NCBI RefSeq assembly: GCF_037042905.1
Contig: NC_087254.1
Location: forward strand, 32,550,001-32,614,000
Direction: 5' to 3'
DNA from: Lytechinus pictus
Lineage: Eukaryota
Length of the DNA: 64,000 nt
The first letter of the stretch is position 1; each line of letters opens with the position of its first letter. Made by a program: the position numbers and the translations under genes. The notes beneath the pieces are model-generated. The model saw only the letters and a program-made list of their open reading frames with translations. It was not told the origin of the DNA and did not search any database. This document shows positions 27,009 through 39,221 of the stretch, piece by piece.

Positions 27009-28876
27009 TTATATTCTTTAATTTTGTTCTACGGAAGGAAAGTCGAAGTTTGCAGTAGAAAGATGGTGCAGGGACTTGCTTGTTGCTTGAATCTATAATA
27101 TCATGAAATCGAAGACAAGATGTATTCAACTAGTTGATAGCGATTGATGCAATGTTGGTCACACCCAAATGATATCGGTCTTCGTCAACAAATGAGCACG
27201 GATAATAGTGGTCCAGAAGTTTATCCTAATTTAAGATAAGACTATTGATATTCATAGATAAACGGATTGTGGTACTTAAAGTATTCTATTCTATTTTTCT
27301 TTCCAGCTTTGTTATTTCGTTTTCTTCCCTTGCTCTTCAGGTTTTTTTTAGCCCCTGTATTTCATTTCCTATTTTGGAAGAAATTATCGTCACCATCACC
27401 GTGAATTTGTCCGTTGTAGTTATAGTCACTACCATCGTCATCATCATCATCAATGTTATTATCACCATCAATAACACCACCACAAATATCATATCATACC
27501 ACTACTCNNNNNNNNNNNNNNNNNNNNNNNNNNNNNNNNNNNNNNNNNNNNNNNNNNNNNNNNNNNNNNNNNNNNNNNNNNNNNNNNNNNNNNNNNNNNN
27601 NNNNNNNNNNNNNNNNNNNNNNNNNNNNNNNNNNNNNNNNNNNNNNNNNNNNNNNNNNNNNNNNNNNNNNNNNNNNNNNNNNNNNNNNNNNNNNNNNNNN
27701 NNNNNNNNNNNNNNNNNNNNNNNNNNNNNNNNNNNNNNNNNNNNNNNNNNNNNNNNNNNNNNNNNNNNNNNNNNNNNNNNNNNNNNNNNNNNNNNNNNNN
27801 NNNNNNNNNNNNNNNNNNNNNNNNNNNNNNNNNNACAGGAGATTACAATGAAATTGAAGAATAACTTGACAGGATAGCCCATGAAAGCCGAAAGGCTTAT
27901 TTCCAATGGGGTCCTATAGTTAGTATAGCAAATAGTATAAACTATGACAATATTGCCATCACCACCATTATATTGTTTTTAACTACTATAAGCCTACACA
28001 TTCTCTTTAAGTTCTCGTGTCTTGCACCTTCACAACGGATTAGTAAAGATTACAATACCGAGACATCGATATCTTCCTTTTAAACCCTGGTTAATGATCT
28101 ACTATAGTCCACGTGCCATTGACATACTTTGGTTATTTTGATGACAACTAAAATTGCATTTTATCATCGAAATTCGGACAATTATCGTTGGAATATTTTG
28201 GATGGAAAAGGATCACAATTGTACTTCTTCTTGTAAAAATATCCAGCGAGATATTGGTAATTCAAGACATCCCCAAATCGAAAATCGTGTGTTTAGACAT
28301 TAAGGATCTGAAAAAAAAGGTGTTGCCAAAACCTGCATATGGTTTTTCATATTCTTTTCATGTCGTTATGTTTTGACATTATACAAATAAACCCTGGAGT
28401 AAGGATATGTAATACCATGTCAGATGAAGTTGAAATGGTTCTTGGTAACATACATTTTTAAAATAGTGTTAGAGATCATACTGAAACTGCCATTTTCGCC
28501 TTAGATTCGTCATAAAAGATAAAATCTAGTCTCATATGGTTGTGTGATAAAAAAAAAAGCTGCATGAACAAATTCAGAGGAAATTTCCCTGTCACACCTA
28601 GCTTTCAAGTTTCAAATTCCACATACAAATCAATCCATCTCTTTCAATTAAATAAATTAATTGAACATGTATACATTAGTATCAGTGGATATCATTGTTG
28701 CATGGTCCTAGGAAAATGTTAAGCCACGGTCACAAAGATTCGAACGAACGATGCGTTCATACGAATCTTAATGTTCATAAGAACTTGAGTTCCTAGAGAT
28801 TCTTAGATGGAGCATATATCTTACGGCCTTCTTAAGAACGACTTAAGAACTTCTTGAGAAACGAAATGGTTTTACG

Positions 28877-29896
28877 CAGTAGCGTACCGTGGGTCAAGAC
28901 ATTGGGGGCACCAGCAATAAAATTGAGTCACTTAGTGCCAGGTATAATACCTAATAGAGACATTTTAAGGACTGTGCCATTAAACGGATATGTGTCTTAC
29001 TGATCAAATAATGCGAGCACGAAGCGCGAGCTGAAAATTTTTGATATTCAGACCCCAAAAAGGGACATAATATCAATTTTTTTTTAAATCGTGATACGTA
29101 CCTGTCTCACCAAACAAACAACGCTAGCGCGAAGCGCGAGCTGAAATTTGTGTATTTATTTACCTCAACTAAGGACATTTTTAGGATTATTTTTTTAAGG
29201 AATTCATGAAGAGCATACATATCTCACCATAGTCATCTAATGCGAGTACCAAGCGCTTGCTGATTTTGTAAGAATTACACGTAAACACATGAAGCACTTT
29301 TTGTAGTCATTGTAATCATGAACATGATACGTATCTTACTAATCAAAGGCTTATTTGTAGGAATTCCCTAAGACCATACGTATTTCATTAACCAAATTTT
29401 TTATATTCACACCAGAAAAGGAACATTTTAAGGACAGTTTTTTAAGAATTCATGAAGAGCAGACATATCTCACCAATCCACTAATGCGAACGTAAGTACG
29501 GACTGGAAATGTTTTATATTCAAAGCTGAAACGGGGGGGGGGGGCAATCACTAAAAGTAGTCATGAAAAAGAAGCATATGTCACTACATAGAACAATGAT
29601 AACTCGAAGTGCAAGGAAATATATTTGTGACTTGAAAACGGGATGGTTTAGTACAACAGGGTCATATATCTCATTACACAGATAATGCAAGCACCTGGAA
29701 TGATGAACACATAGGCCCTAAGCAAATTATGTTTCATAAAATTATGACAAAAATACTTTAAAAAAAAAATCATATACAATGATTTCTTCTTCCCCCACTA
29801 CGTTTCACTTTCTTTCTCTCTCTCTCTTTCTCCTTTGCTCCCGTTTTTTTTTTTGCCAGCCGATGAGGGGAGGGGGGGGGGCACGTGCCCCCGCTG
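28877..29896. mobile_element. Non-autonomous hAT element
   Basis: Perfect 8-bp TSD GTTTTACG (28869-28876 / 29897-29904), CAG...CTG ends, and internal degenerate repeats containing CGAAGCGCGAGCTGAAA. Confidence 0.8.
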
Positions 29897-30677
29897 GTTT
29901 TACGATTTTACAATACCCCTAGAATAAGTCAGTTTTTCGTAATAGTGCTTTGAGACTTTCTTTCGTCAGACTTAAGGCCATCTTACCATTTATGTTGTCA
30001 GAAATGGTCGCACGTGCAACTCACGGCACTCTCAAGTCATTCGTGAGAAAATTCACAAATTGTGTAACTACGTCTTACGAGTCTATTATCTTACTAACTA
30101 TCTATCTACCTCTTTTCATCTAAATGTATCACTTCCTTTCATTCTGTTTATGTGTGTTTTCTATTACTTAAATTTCTTTCTGCATCCATCTCTATCTCTC
30201 TCTCTTTCTTAGTTTGTCTCTTTATTTCTTTCTTAGTTTGTCTCTTATTCATCCTTCCTTTTCTTCCTTAACTTTTTCGGATGATTTAAATTAAATTTCT
30301 TCTCTTTCATATTCTACTTCACACCCTGCTGTTATTTCAACTTTCTTTAAACCTTCCATTTTCCTTTTCCCAATCTCGATCGAATGTAATTTTCATTCTC
30401 TCTCGCATCCTCTCTGAATTCTTCTATTTTTCTTTTTTTTCATCCAAAAACTTCTTTCTATTTCCTTTTCATCCTCATTATTGTGAGCAATACAGTGTTC
30501 CCATTTCTACCATGCACATTCTTGTGAAATGATTTTCTGAACTTCTTTTTTCACCAATTATTATAAACTCACACAACGTTAACTGTAGTAGAATTAAAAA
30601 AAATAGTCACGGTAATATCGTTTCCTTTCTCAAGAAGTTTATTCAATAAATAACACGAGCAAAATGGACTTAACTAC

Positions 30678-30890
30678 CGTCGGCTGCCCGCAAGAAGGGA
30701 CTTAGGGTAACTTTTTACGATTTTTTTTAAATTTCAAATTTTGAAAGAGTACATTTTAGGCTATCCAATGATCCAAAAATTATTTCGAAATTTCAAGTAA
30801 AACTCAAAATATCAGTAAACTGAAAAGGGCATAATTAAACAAAATAATCGTAAAAGTTATCGTTAAGTCTCTTATTGCGGGAAGCCGGCG
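30678..30890. mobile_element. Palindromic MITE just downstream of the lipocalin C stop codon
   Basis: CGTCGGCTGCCCGCAAGAAGGGACTTA..TAACTTTTTACGA vs TCGTAAAAGTTA..TAAGTCTCTTATTGCGGGAAGCCGGCG. Confidence 0.7.
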
Positions 30891-30937
30891 CTTTAATATA
30901 ATTATTTATACATTAATTGTTGGAGTTATTGGGACTT

Positions 30938-33025
30938 TTATTGGGTGGGTGGGTAGACGCATTCCGCTGGATGTGGAATGGCGTACGGTTTCCTATAAGG
31001 GCCGGTGAATCCGACACGGGATACATAACGTAGGACATCAGCGGCGTATTTGGATTCGAATTCTGCGGGGTCGCGAGCGAGGATGAAGAGCTGACGAGCG
31101 GCATCTCCATCGGTGACGAGACTGTATTCGTACTGGCCGTTGACCACGGGTCCGAGATCGAAAATCCAGTCTAGTAGAAAAAGTTGAATTGAAGAATGAT
31201 CAATTAAAAAAATCATTTAAAAACGACCTTATTTCATGATTTATTAGTTAGGTATTTTAATACCAATTGTTCGTGTTCATGTATGTGCCCTTTATAATCA
31301 AAGGTATAGAATTCTCAATAACATATTGCATTCTTTCATTTTATTTCATTTATTTGTATTTCCATTTAAAAATATATAAATATATGACATGACCAACCCT
31401 AAACGATATCTGCTTCATCTTCGTTAGAAAACATAACTTTTTTAAAACCCTTATAACATCTAAGGAAATGCTAATATTACATACGAAATCTTATATACAT
31501 ATGAGGAACAATTATTGCCTAGACACTAATTGCTTTATTCAACAAATAACACACACTGATCTCATAGAGCTCAAATTCGCTTGGAACATTAGAAACTAAA
31601 GAATGATTTTCTTTTTCATTATAATTTTGTGAAATCCAACTTACAATCACCCTCGACGGGAACGCCTTCGAGAACGACCTTGAGCTTTCCAGGGTATTTG
31701 ATATCAGGGATGTAGGCGTAACCGCTGATGTCGTCTGTGTACTCGCCGTCGAATCGGTAGTTGGCATTGTATACTGATATGTAGGTAGCGTTGATCTGGG
31801 CATCTGTGATGAGAATTTAGAAATAAATAATTTAAATGTTGATTGTCATTTGATATTCAGGTATTCTAAGAGTAAACAATTTATCTGTAGCAAAGACGAA
31901 GGAAAATAGTTGAAAGATGCTTAAGATGCCTAATTCCATAAGAATATTTTGTGGCATACTGTAATCTCGAAAGTGTGATATTTTTTTAAAGTGACGAAAA
32001 TGATTGAACCCAACATTGAGGTTAATACGTTATAATTGATAATGAAAAAAAAAATGCATTTCTTCTTTCTCAGTACATGTAATAGGACACGAGGGAATAA
32101 CTACATTTAATTCATCGTAAACATTTATAAACTTACAATCAGCTGTTACACAGTCAGGGTTGAATACATTGGAGAAAAGATCAGCCCAGTAGTTGGTATA
32201 AACCTGTTAAAAATGAAAACAAAAGATATATAATAAGACATACAAATTAGCGATATTTCACTAAAAACTCGTCAAACTGAATGAAAACAAGCAGGAACAA
32301 GGGAATGTATGAAGATGTCCCAAAGATAAACTTGTGTTTTATCATCTATAAGAGCAAAATAAAGGCCTGCGATCAACCAATACATATTTATGGCAGTATG
32401 GCACACACCTGAAGTTTTTATTTCAAAACCAATCAGAAATAATTCGTTTTACAAATGAGCCTGTCCATTTGTGTCAGGCAAGAATTACAAGTCGATGAGA
32501 ATAAAATGTTGTTTGTACCTATTCTTCTTTAAGGAAGAGAACACGATTTTACCATCAAACTATTTTTGCTGTTATAGTTCAAAGAGTTGAATGTGCTTCT
32601 TTAACAATGTTTATAAAATGTAAGACAATATATTTGTATCATAATTATATTATGTTATGGTTAGAAAAATTATACCCTTTTCACAACATTCATGAAATGA
32701 CGTTATATATAACATCCTTATAATTTTCGCCAGTTGCCGTAATTGATTTCCTAAACATGCTAAATATGTTCCAAATCAGAGGTGAACATTTTAGCAACTC
32801 AAAATGGCTATCAACTTATTTAGGGTGTTTTGTCTTTCAAATAAATGTGAGATATATGCACTTTCAAGTCATAATTAATGTTATTTACTGGATAATAGTA
32901 TACTATCTCACCTGGTACCATCTGCCGACGTAGGCGGCGGGGTTGAGGTCGGGTACGACATGCATGGCATCGCTACTGATGGCGTTGGCGGCCAAGAAGG
33001 CGACAAGAACAAACAATTTGAACAT
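30938..33025 (-). CDS. Secreted lipocalin, ApoD-like (copy C), 190 aa
   Basis: Exons 32912-33025, 32137-32203, 31645-31803, 30938-31170 (573 nt). MFKLFVLVAFLAANAISSDA-MHVVPDLNPAAYVGRWYQVYTN...DCVTADY...ISGYAY...PGKLKV...YWIFDLGP...YEYSLVTD...LFILARDP...ECVYPPTQ*. Confidence 0.92.
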
Positions 33026-33120
33026 GATGATAGCGAGGATTTTTCCCGTGAATGACGACGAGGAGGAGAAGATGGATATATCGGTGATACAGTTCTTCTA
33101 GTTTCCAGGTGGTAAACTGC

Positions 33121-33158
33121 TACTGATGATCATCATGTCATTGTGGCTCGTATTTATA
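33121..33158 (-). promoter_or_regulatory. TATA box plus Inr of lipocalin C
   Basis: Minus-strand TATAAATA (33151-33158), a TCAGT initiator-like motif ~30 bp downstream (33122-33126), and the ATG ~100 bp further on. Confidence 0.6.
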
Positions 33159-33490
33159 GAAAATTTATGCCATTTTCATCTGCTATGTTGCAGATAAGTA
33201 AATTGCGTAAGCTCACAGATGCGGTTAGTTGGGTTCGTTGTGTAAGAAGATAATCCTTTTCAAAATCATATTAGAATAAATATTTGTGTTCCAAGGTGGA
33301 AGAATCACTATTTATGTAAATCATGTGGACGAAAATGTCATGAGGAATGACACGTGATAATGATGATGCAATTTATTGGTTATTCATTTTTTCATAAAAA
33401 AATATCATTATCTCGTTTGATATCGTAAGGGGTGATGGTTATTTCAAAGGTGCAAATTTCCCTTTTATATAATTAAGAACCCGCATCTTG

Positions 33491-33563
33491 TAATACTTCG
33501 AATACAATTATATTGAGTTTTCTATAATATAGAAAACTCAATATAATTTTATTCGAAGTATTA
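33491..33563. repeat. 73-bp near-perfect AT-rich palindrome
   Basis: 36-bp arms (33491-33526 and 33528-33563) with one mismatch and a 1-nt spacer. Confidence 0.9.
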
Positions 33564-34940
33564 TATATTGTTGCACCAGTGCACACTGTAGGCCCGTAGA
33601 CTAGCTCTTGGAAGTGCCTAAATCAACTTAATTTGAATCATTTTTATGAGAATAAGAGAAAGTCATTCGATAACATGAAAAAATAATACGAAATGTATGC
33701 AATAGGAGAGCATGTCAGTGTGCGTGGATTGCACACCAAGAAAGAAAAGATTCATGCTTGAACTCGAAATGCTACACTGTCATACCGTCACCACCTTTCA
33801 AATCTATTACTTGCATCCTAAACGATGCAACTTTGCTCATTTTTTTAGTGCAAAGATTTCTACTCTAAAAAAGCTGGAAATTTGTACCTTCTCTAAACAG
33901 TGCAACTTTGCACCCTTCATTTTTTAAAGTTGCAAAAAAGCTTCCTAGGGTGCCAATTCAATTCAAGAAGGAACCCTTATTTTCATGACTGTACCGTTTG
34001 AAGGGAGGGGCTTGCTCTCTTGCCTTCATAGTATATGTGTAAGGTTGTAGTGTGTGTGGATGGGCATGTATATGTTTTCTTTAATAGAGTTTTCGATATT
34101 TATATTTTTTCTCTCATCAAAGAAGGAGTGTGCCAATTGGGGTGAGGTAAGCTATACTTGCTAACCTTAACCATGAATGAATAAGAAATAAATCGCATTA
34201 TTTTGGGTGTCAAAAATTCTACACTCTGTTTAATATGTGTGTTACAACTAAGAGATTTCTGCATCGTATTCATGTATAAAGGAGCATGACTGCACTGAAA
34301 GATTTTGCAGCAAAATTTTTCTCGTTTTTCCTTTAAGTGTGTCCGTGTTAGTCTTTTTTCCCCGACTCTATCGACATGACTTTTTTTAATCTCATCTTTC
34401 TTTTCCATATGTAGGACAACGTGACTGTCTTCGTTTACGTTATGTAATGGTTATAATTCAAACCGTCATATGGAACCTTTCTCAAAGATACGAATAAAAA
34501 AATACACCGTGAGAAAAAAGGTTTCATGGAAATATGGCTTCACAGATAAGAAAGGATTACAAAATATATATTTTTCATCTTAATTTATGAGTCACAGGGA
34601 CTTACAAACAGATATAAGTCACGTTTGAATCCTCGTCCACCCACGTGGGGTTATGTTTGATAGTTTTTAGAATTGGGGTGCATGGGGCTCACCACCAAGC
34701 CCCCTCCCCGATGGAAAAGGGGACATGAAAAGTGGTAGAGAAAGAGGAAAAGTGATATCGGAGGTCATGTCCAACGAAAATAGATGCTTTCTTTCCTATA
34801 CACACTAAACATTACATCGTCATCATTTCTGACGACTTTGTGTTCACATCTATGCCCCCGTTATTCCCGCCCCCTTCCATCAAGAACGCCATCTCTTCCT
34901 AAACACATATTACACAATCTTCATGCCACCATCCGTATCC

Positions 34941-34948
34941 TATAAAAG
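34941..34948 (+). promoter_or_regulatory. TATA box of lipocalin D
   Basis: TATAAAAG about 120 bp upstream of the ATG at 35065. Confidence 0.55.
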
Positions 34949-35064
34949 ATGAAATGTTCTAAATCCCTTCTTAGATTTTTGAAACTCCTGATTAGGCGAA
35001 GATCAGCCAATATTCTTTCTAATTCACTAAATATTGAAGAAACAATCGGCGAAATTACATCATA

Positions 35065-37269
35065 ATGTCAAAGATGTTGATGATTGCTCTGTGTTTTGCC
35101 GCATGTCTACTCGGCGGTAATGCCATACACACTGTCCCACAACTTCAGGCAGAGGCGTACATTGGCAGATGGTATCAGGTAATTTATTTAATGATTCCCC
35201 TCTCTTAATATCAAGGTACGAAAATCAGCATCCAACATTACCATTTTAATCTATGATCTTCATGACTTGTCAAACTTTTTACTTCCCAATAAGATCATGG
35301 TATATACTTCGGAGTGAGTGATACCATGACTGATGAGCAACATCTGACTATGTATAAGGAGGAGGGGGTGGTCTTAATGATTAAAATTATACTTAATACG
35401 ATTATTTTAACACCGATCCGTTGTTGCCCAATGTAAAACTGTCGTTTGCAAATACCCTTTCTTGTGTCGAGGATCATACTGCCAAGATGATTTTGAACAG
35501 AGACACATATTTGCGAACGACCTACTAACATGATTTATCTAAAATGATTTGATTTGACATATTATTCAGGTGTACCATTACATTAACTAAAATGAAATAA
35601 AAGAAATATATTGCTTTCATACTCATGATGATATATATTTTTAATTTCAGGTGTATACTAACTTTTGGGCTGATCTCTTCTCGAACATTTTCGAACCAGA
35701 CTGCGTAACAGCTGACTGTAAGTTTGGCTACCACTAATTATTCAGTAAATTTAGATGGTTATATTTTTTTCACCGGTTATGCCTTACACCATTTTTTTAT
35801 CAGCCTTCACATTTCGATCATCTTTTCGTTCAATTTGAAATCGAAAAAACCCCTCTATTCTTAGACACACATTATTTATAGATCAAACGAGTACGTATAC
35901 ACACGGCTCTCGATCCGAACAATAATTGTCTACAATATCTGAAGTTTCTATGTAAAGAATAGTTAATTTTCATCAAAAGTGGCCTTTCAGATATGCAGGA
36001 TTTATATTGATTCATTAATCTCTTATACCTTTTTTTTTTAATTCAGACGCTCTTTTGAACAGTACCTACGTGTCTGTGTATAACGCCAATTGGCGTTTTG
36101 ATGAAAACCGTACCGATGATATCAGTGGCTATGCATACATCGTCGATGTCAATGATCCCGGTAAACTCAAGGTCGTACTCGATGGCGTTCCCGTAGAAGG
36201 AGATTGTAAGTAGACACGTCATTCTGTCAAAATAATATAATTCTGTTTTGGTCTGTTGTTTAAAACACATTCCAATTGCTTCCCCACAGATTAAATCTCC
36301 CAAGTGACTCTGAAGAATGACACTGTTTTAGCCTCTAAGCATGCACTCTTATTCCGGTTTTGTTCATCGTATCATTGTTACCAGATCTTCAAGTCCACCC
36401 CAAAAAATTTGATCTGAATCAATAGAGAAAATTCAAACAATCATAACTATAAACAAATTCATGAAATCGGACGTAATATATAAAGAAAATTATGACTGTT
36501 TAAAGTTTAGCTTATTTTTTTCACAAAAAAGTTATATGCACAACTCTATAGTGTGCAAATGAGATCGTCGATGTCACTCACTCACTATTTTTTATTTTTT
36601 TAGATTTAACAGTATTCCAATTTTGTACATATTTGACAATAGGGGCCCTCTTCTGATTGAGCAAAAAAATGATCAGAAATGAATAAAACTTTGTTTCACA
36701 TAACTATGAGGAAAAAATCTGAATATTTCCTATTTCATATAATGATAATAGCCTAATAGGCATGTTGAGTGTGTATTGTCATCGGTCCACTCATTTGTAT
36801 CCTGACCAGGATCTGCTTTTATATCTTTCTTATTTTACAACTGATTTGATGAAATTATCAGTTTATGCTTGTTTGATTTTTCTCTTTTTATTCATATTAA
36901 CTTTTTTTTTGGGGGGGGGGGAGGGATCGGTTGGATTTGACATTATCTATCAGCGCATCTCTTTTGTTACCTTTCGTAAATCAAATATAAGATGCAGGAT
37001 ATTCATTCATTCTTTTTGTTATTTCGAAAACTACAGATTGGATTTTCAAGCTCGGTCCGATCATCGAGGGTCAATACCAATACAGCCTGATCACCGACGG
37101 GGAAGCTGCCCGACAGTTATTCGTCCTCGCCCGTGATCCTGCAGAGTTTGCTGAGCTGTATGACAAGGAGGTGATGGAGTATCTACCACTTCAGGGGTTC
37201 ACAGGGCCACGCAAGGAACCTTACGCCATCACGCACAATGATGACTGCGTATACCCACCAAGAAACTAA
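35065..37269 (+). CDS. Secreted lipocalin, ApoD-like (copy D), 190 aa
   Basis: Exons 35065-35178, 35651-35717, 36047-36205, 37037-37269 (573 nt). MSKMLMIALCFAACLLGGNA-IHTVPQLQAEAYIGRWYQVYTN...DCVTADY...PGKLKV...YWIFKLGP...YQYSLITD...LFVLARDP...DDCVYPPRN*. Confidence 0.92.
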
Positions 37270-37304
37270 GACGGTTTCTGCACAAATATGAGCGTCATCA
37301 TTGC

Positions 37305-37602
37305 GTTTTCGCACTGGTTGAAGAACGCTTTCAAGAACATATAAAATGTAATGTCAAATGCCCTTCATGACAAAGAACAACCGAGAAGTCTTTGTCGAAA
37401 ATTGGTGAATCAAGACGAAAGTTTTGTCCTGGACTCTGAACAAGCGACATAATTTTCGTCAGCTCCGAAACTTAGGACGAAACTGTTGTTCCGGTTCTCC
37501 AAATTTAGACAAAGACCTCTCAGCTATTCACTCTCATTTTGACGGGCATTTTAAATATATTTACTGCGTTCTTGAATTCGTTTTGCGGCCAAGTGCGAAA
37601 AC
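37305..37602 (+). mobile_element. ~300-bp hairpin MITE (GTTTTCGCAC TIR), copy 1, 3' of the lipocalin D stop
   Basis: GTTTTCGCAC...GTGCGAAAAC ends with internal inverted segments; homologous copies at 45522-45823, 47971-48269 (inverted) and ~49510-49806. Confidence 0.75.
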
Positions 37603-39221
37603 TTACTATTGTTAAACCCAATATCAAGGACATGGTTTAGTTCAAACCGGAACTCTGATGGGATTTGGACTTCTTGTATAAAGAATGAAAAACTAATGCG
37701 CCCCGTTTGACGTATGTGCCAATTTTACTTGAATTTGAATATTGATGATGCATTTTATATGTATACATTTTATCAGTTGATAATTTATCTTGTATTCAAA
37801 AGAATTTCCATGTATTAGAGCTTCCAACAGTTGCAGGTGAATAATGAAACAAGATTAATGGAACATTGCAAGAGAAATGTATGTTTGTATGAAACTATAC
37901 AACCTATACTTATTTTAATATTTATTCATGGTATCATTTACTGTAGTTTCCTCCATTATTTTGTTAGTGGTTTTCTTAATTGATTCGTTATTAGTTTTTT
38001 CTTCGATAAGAGTTCTTGTACATATTTTCTTAGAATATGTTTTTCAATATAATTATGTTCATTTATTTATATCCATCTCATAATATCTTTGCAATTCCTT
38101 ATTTTCATTATAAAATTTTTCATGCAATATGTAAACCAGTGAATAAAAGTGGTTTAAAAACAAAATTAATTTCTAACGTATTTTCATGTTTATCTTTAAT
38201 AAAGATTTCATTGAAGTCAATAGTAAAATCAAATTTTGTAAAGTGCGCAACGTTCTTCAATTACCCCATAATACTATGTAAAAACAAACGAATGGGTTTA
38301 ATTCATTGTGTTTTGACCATATTAAAAATCTAATATTTAAACGTTGAAAATTATTATCTCTAACTGAATAGTTGAGGGAAAAAAATAAACGTCTGCTCTC
38401 ATTGATGTACTGAATAACTTAATGAAATATTATTTGTATGGTAGTATTTTCGCAACTTAAACATAATTTTACAACAAAATTATAAAAACATGATATCTTA
38501 TAATCAATGCATCAGAAAATATCATATTGACCATGTTTCAGGATAAATCATGAAGAATAAAAGCTACAAAATAGTTCCTTGCTCGGCATAGGAGAAAAAA
38601 GGTAAAAATGATAGGGGAAAACTTCAAAATTACTATTTAGTTGAATACTGAAAAAAGAATTAAGGCACACAATTTAAGAATAGGGAAATAGACTGTGGGA
38701 AATGAGATAAAATAATACAGAGGTGTACGAGAAGGAGAGAGAATGGCTATGAAGTAAGAGGGAGAAGAGAATAAATGCATGCGAGATCGAGACAGACAAG
38801 TGTGGAGAGGGAGAGGGAATTACAAGTGTGTGTGTATTAGCGTTGAGTGCGTGAGTGTTTGAGGGTGACATGGTGTGTGTGTGTGCGAGAGTATGTGTGG
38901 GAGATAAAAATATAGATTGAGAGAGGCAAAGACAGAGACACAAAGAGAGAGAGAAAGACGCACATGAACGTCGTCCTTTCCTTACTAGCCTACGCTCTCT
39001 ACCCACACTCACGCCTGCAAACACACACACATATGTCTACGCACACACACATCTTAGGTACGTTCAGCGGGTAAATACCATGGACAAATAATGTATCGAT
39101 TAGATGTTACAACTTCAAGAAGCTGCACTAATTATATATTTGTTTTGTTAAGGGTTGAAATGGTACGGGGCTGAATAGATCATATTTACCTTAGGTGTCT
39201 TAACGTAGCAGTAAAACAAGG

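Noticed and set aside
27245-27906. Long ORFs spanning the N run (also 23029-23442)
   Set aside because: Artefacts of assembly gaps. The gaps (168 and 327 N) are too short as drawn to hold a seventh lipocalin, although their true size is unknown.
35561-35580. Second TTCAG|GTGTA acceptor upstream of exon 2 of lipocalin D
   Set aside because: Using it gives an in-frame TAA within a few codons; only 35651 yields the conserved 67-nt exon.
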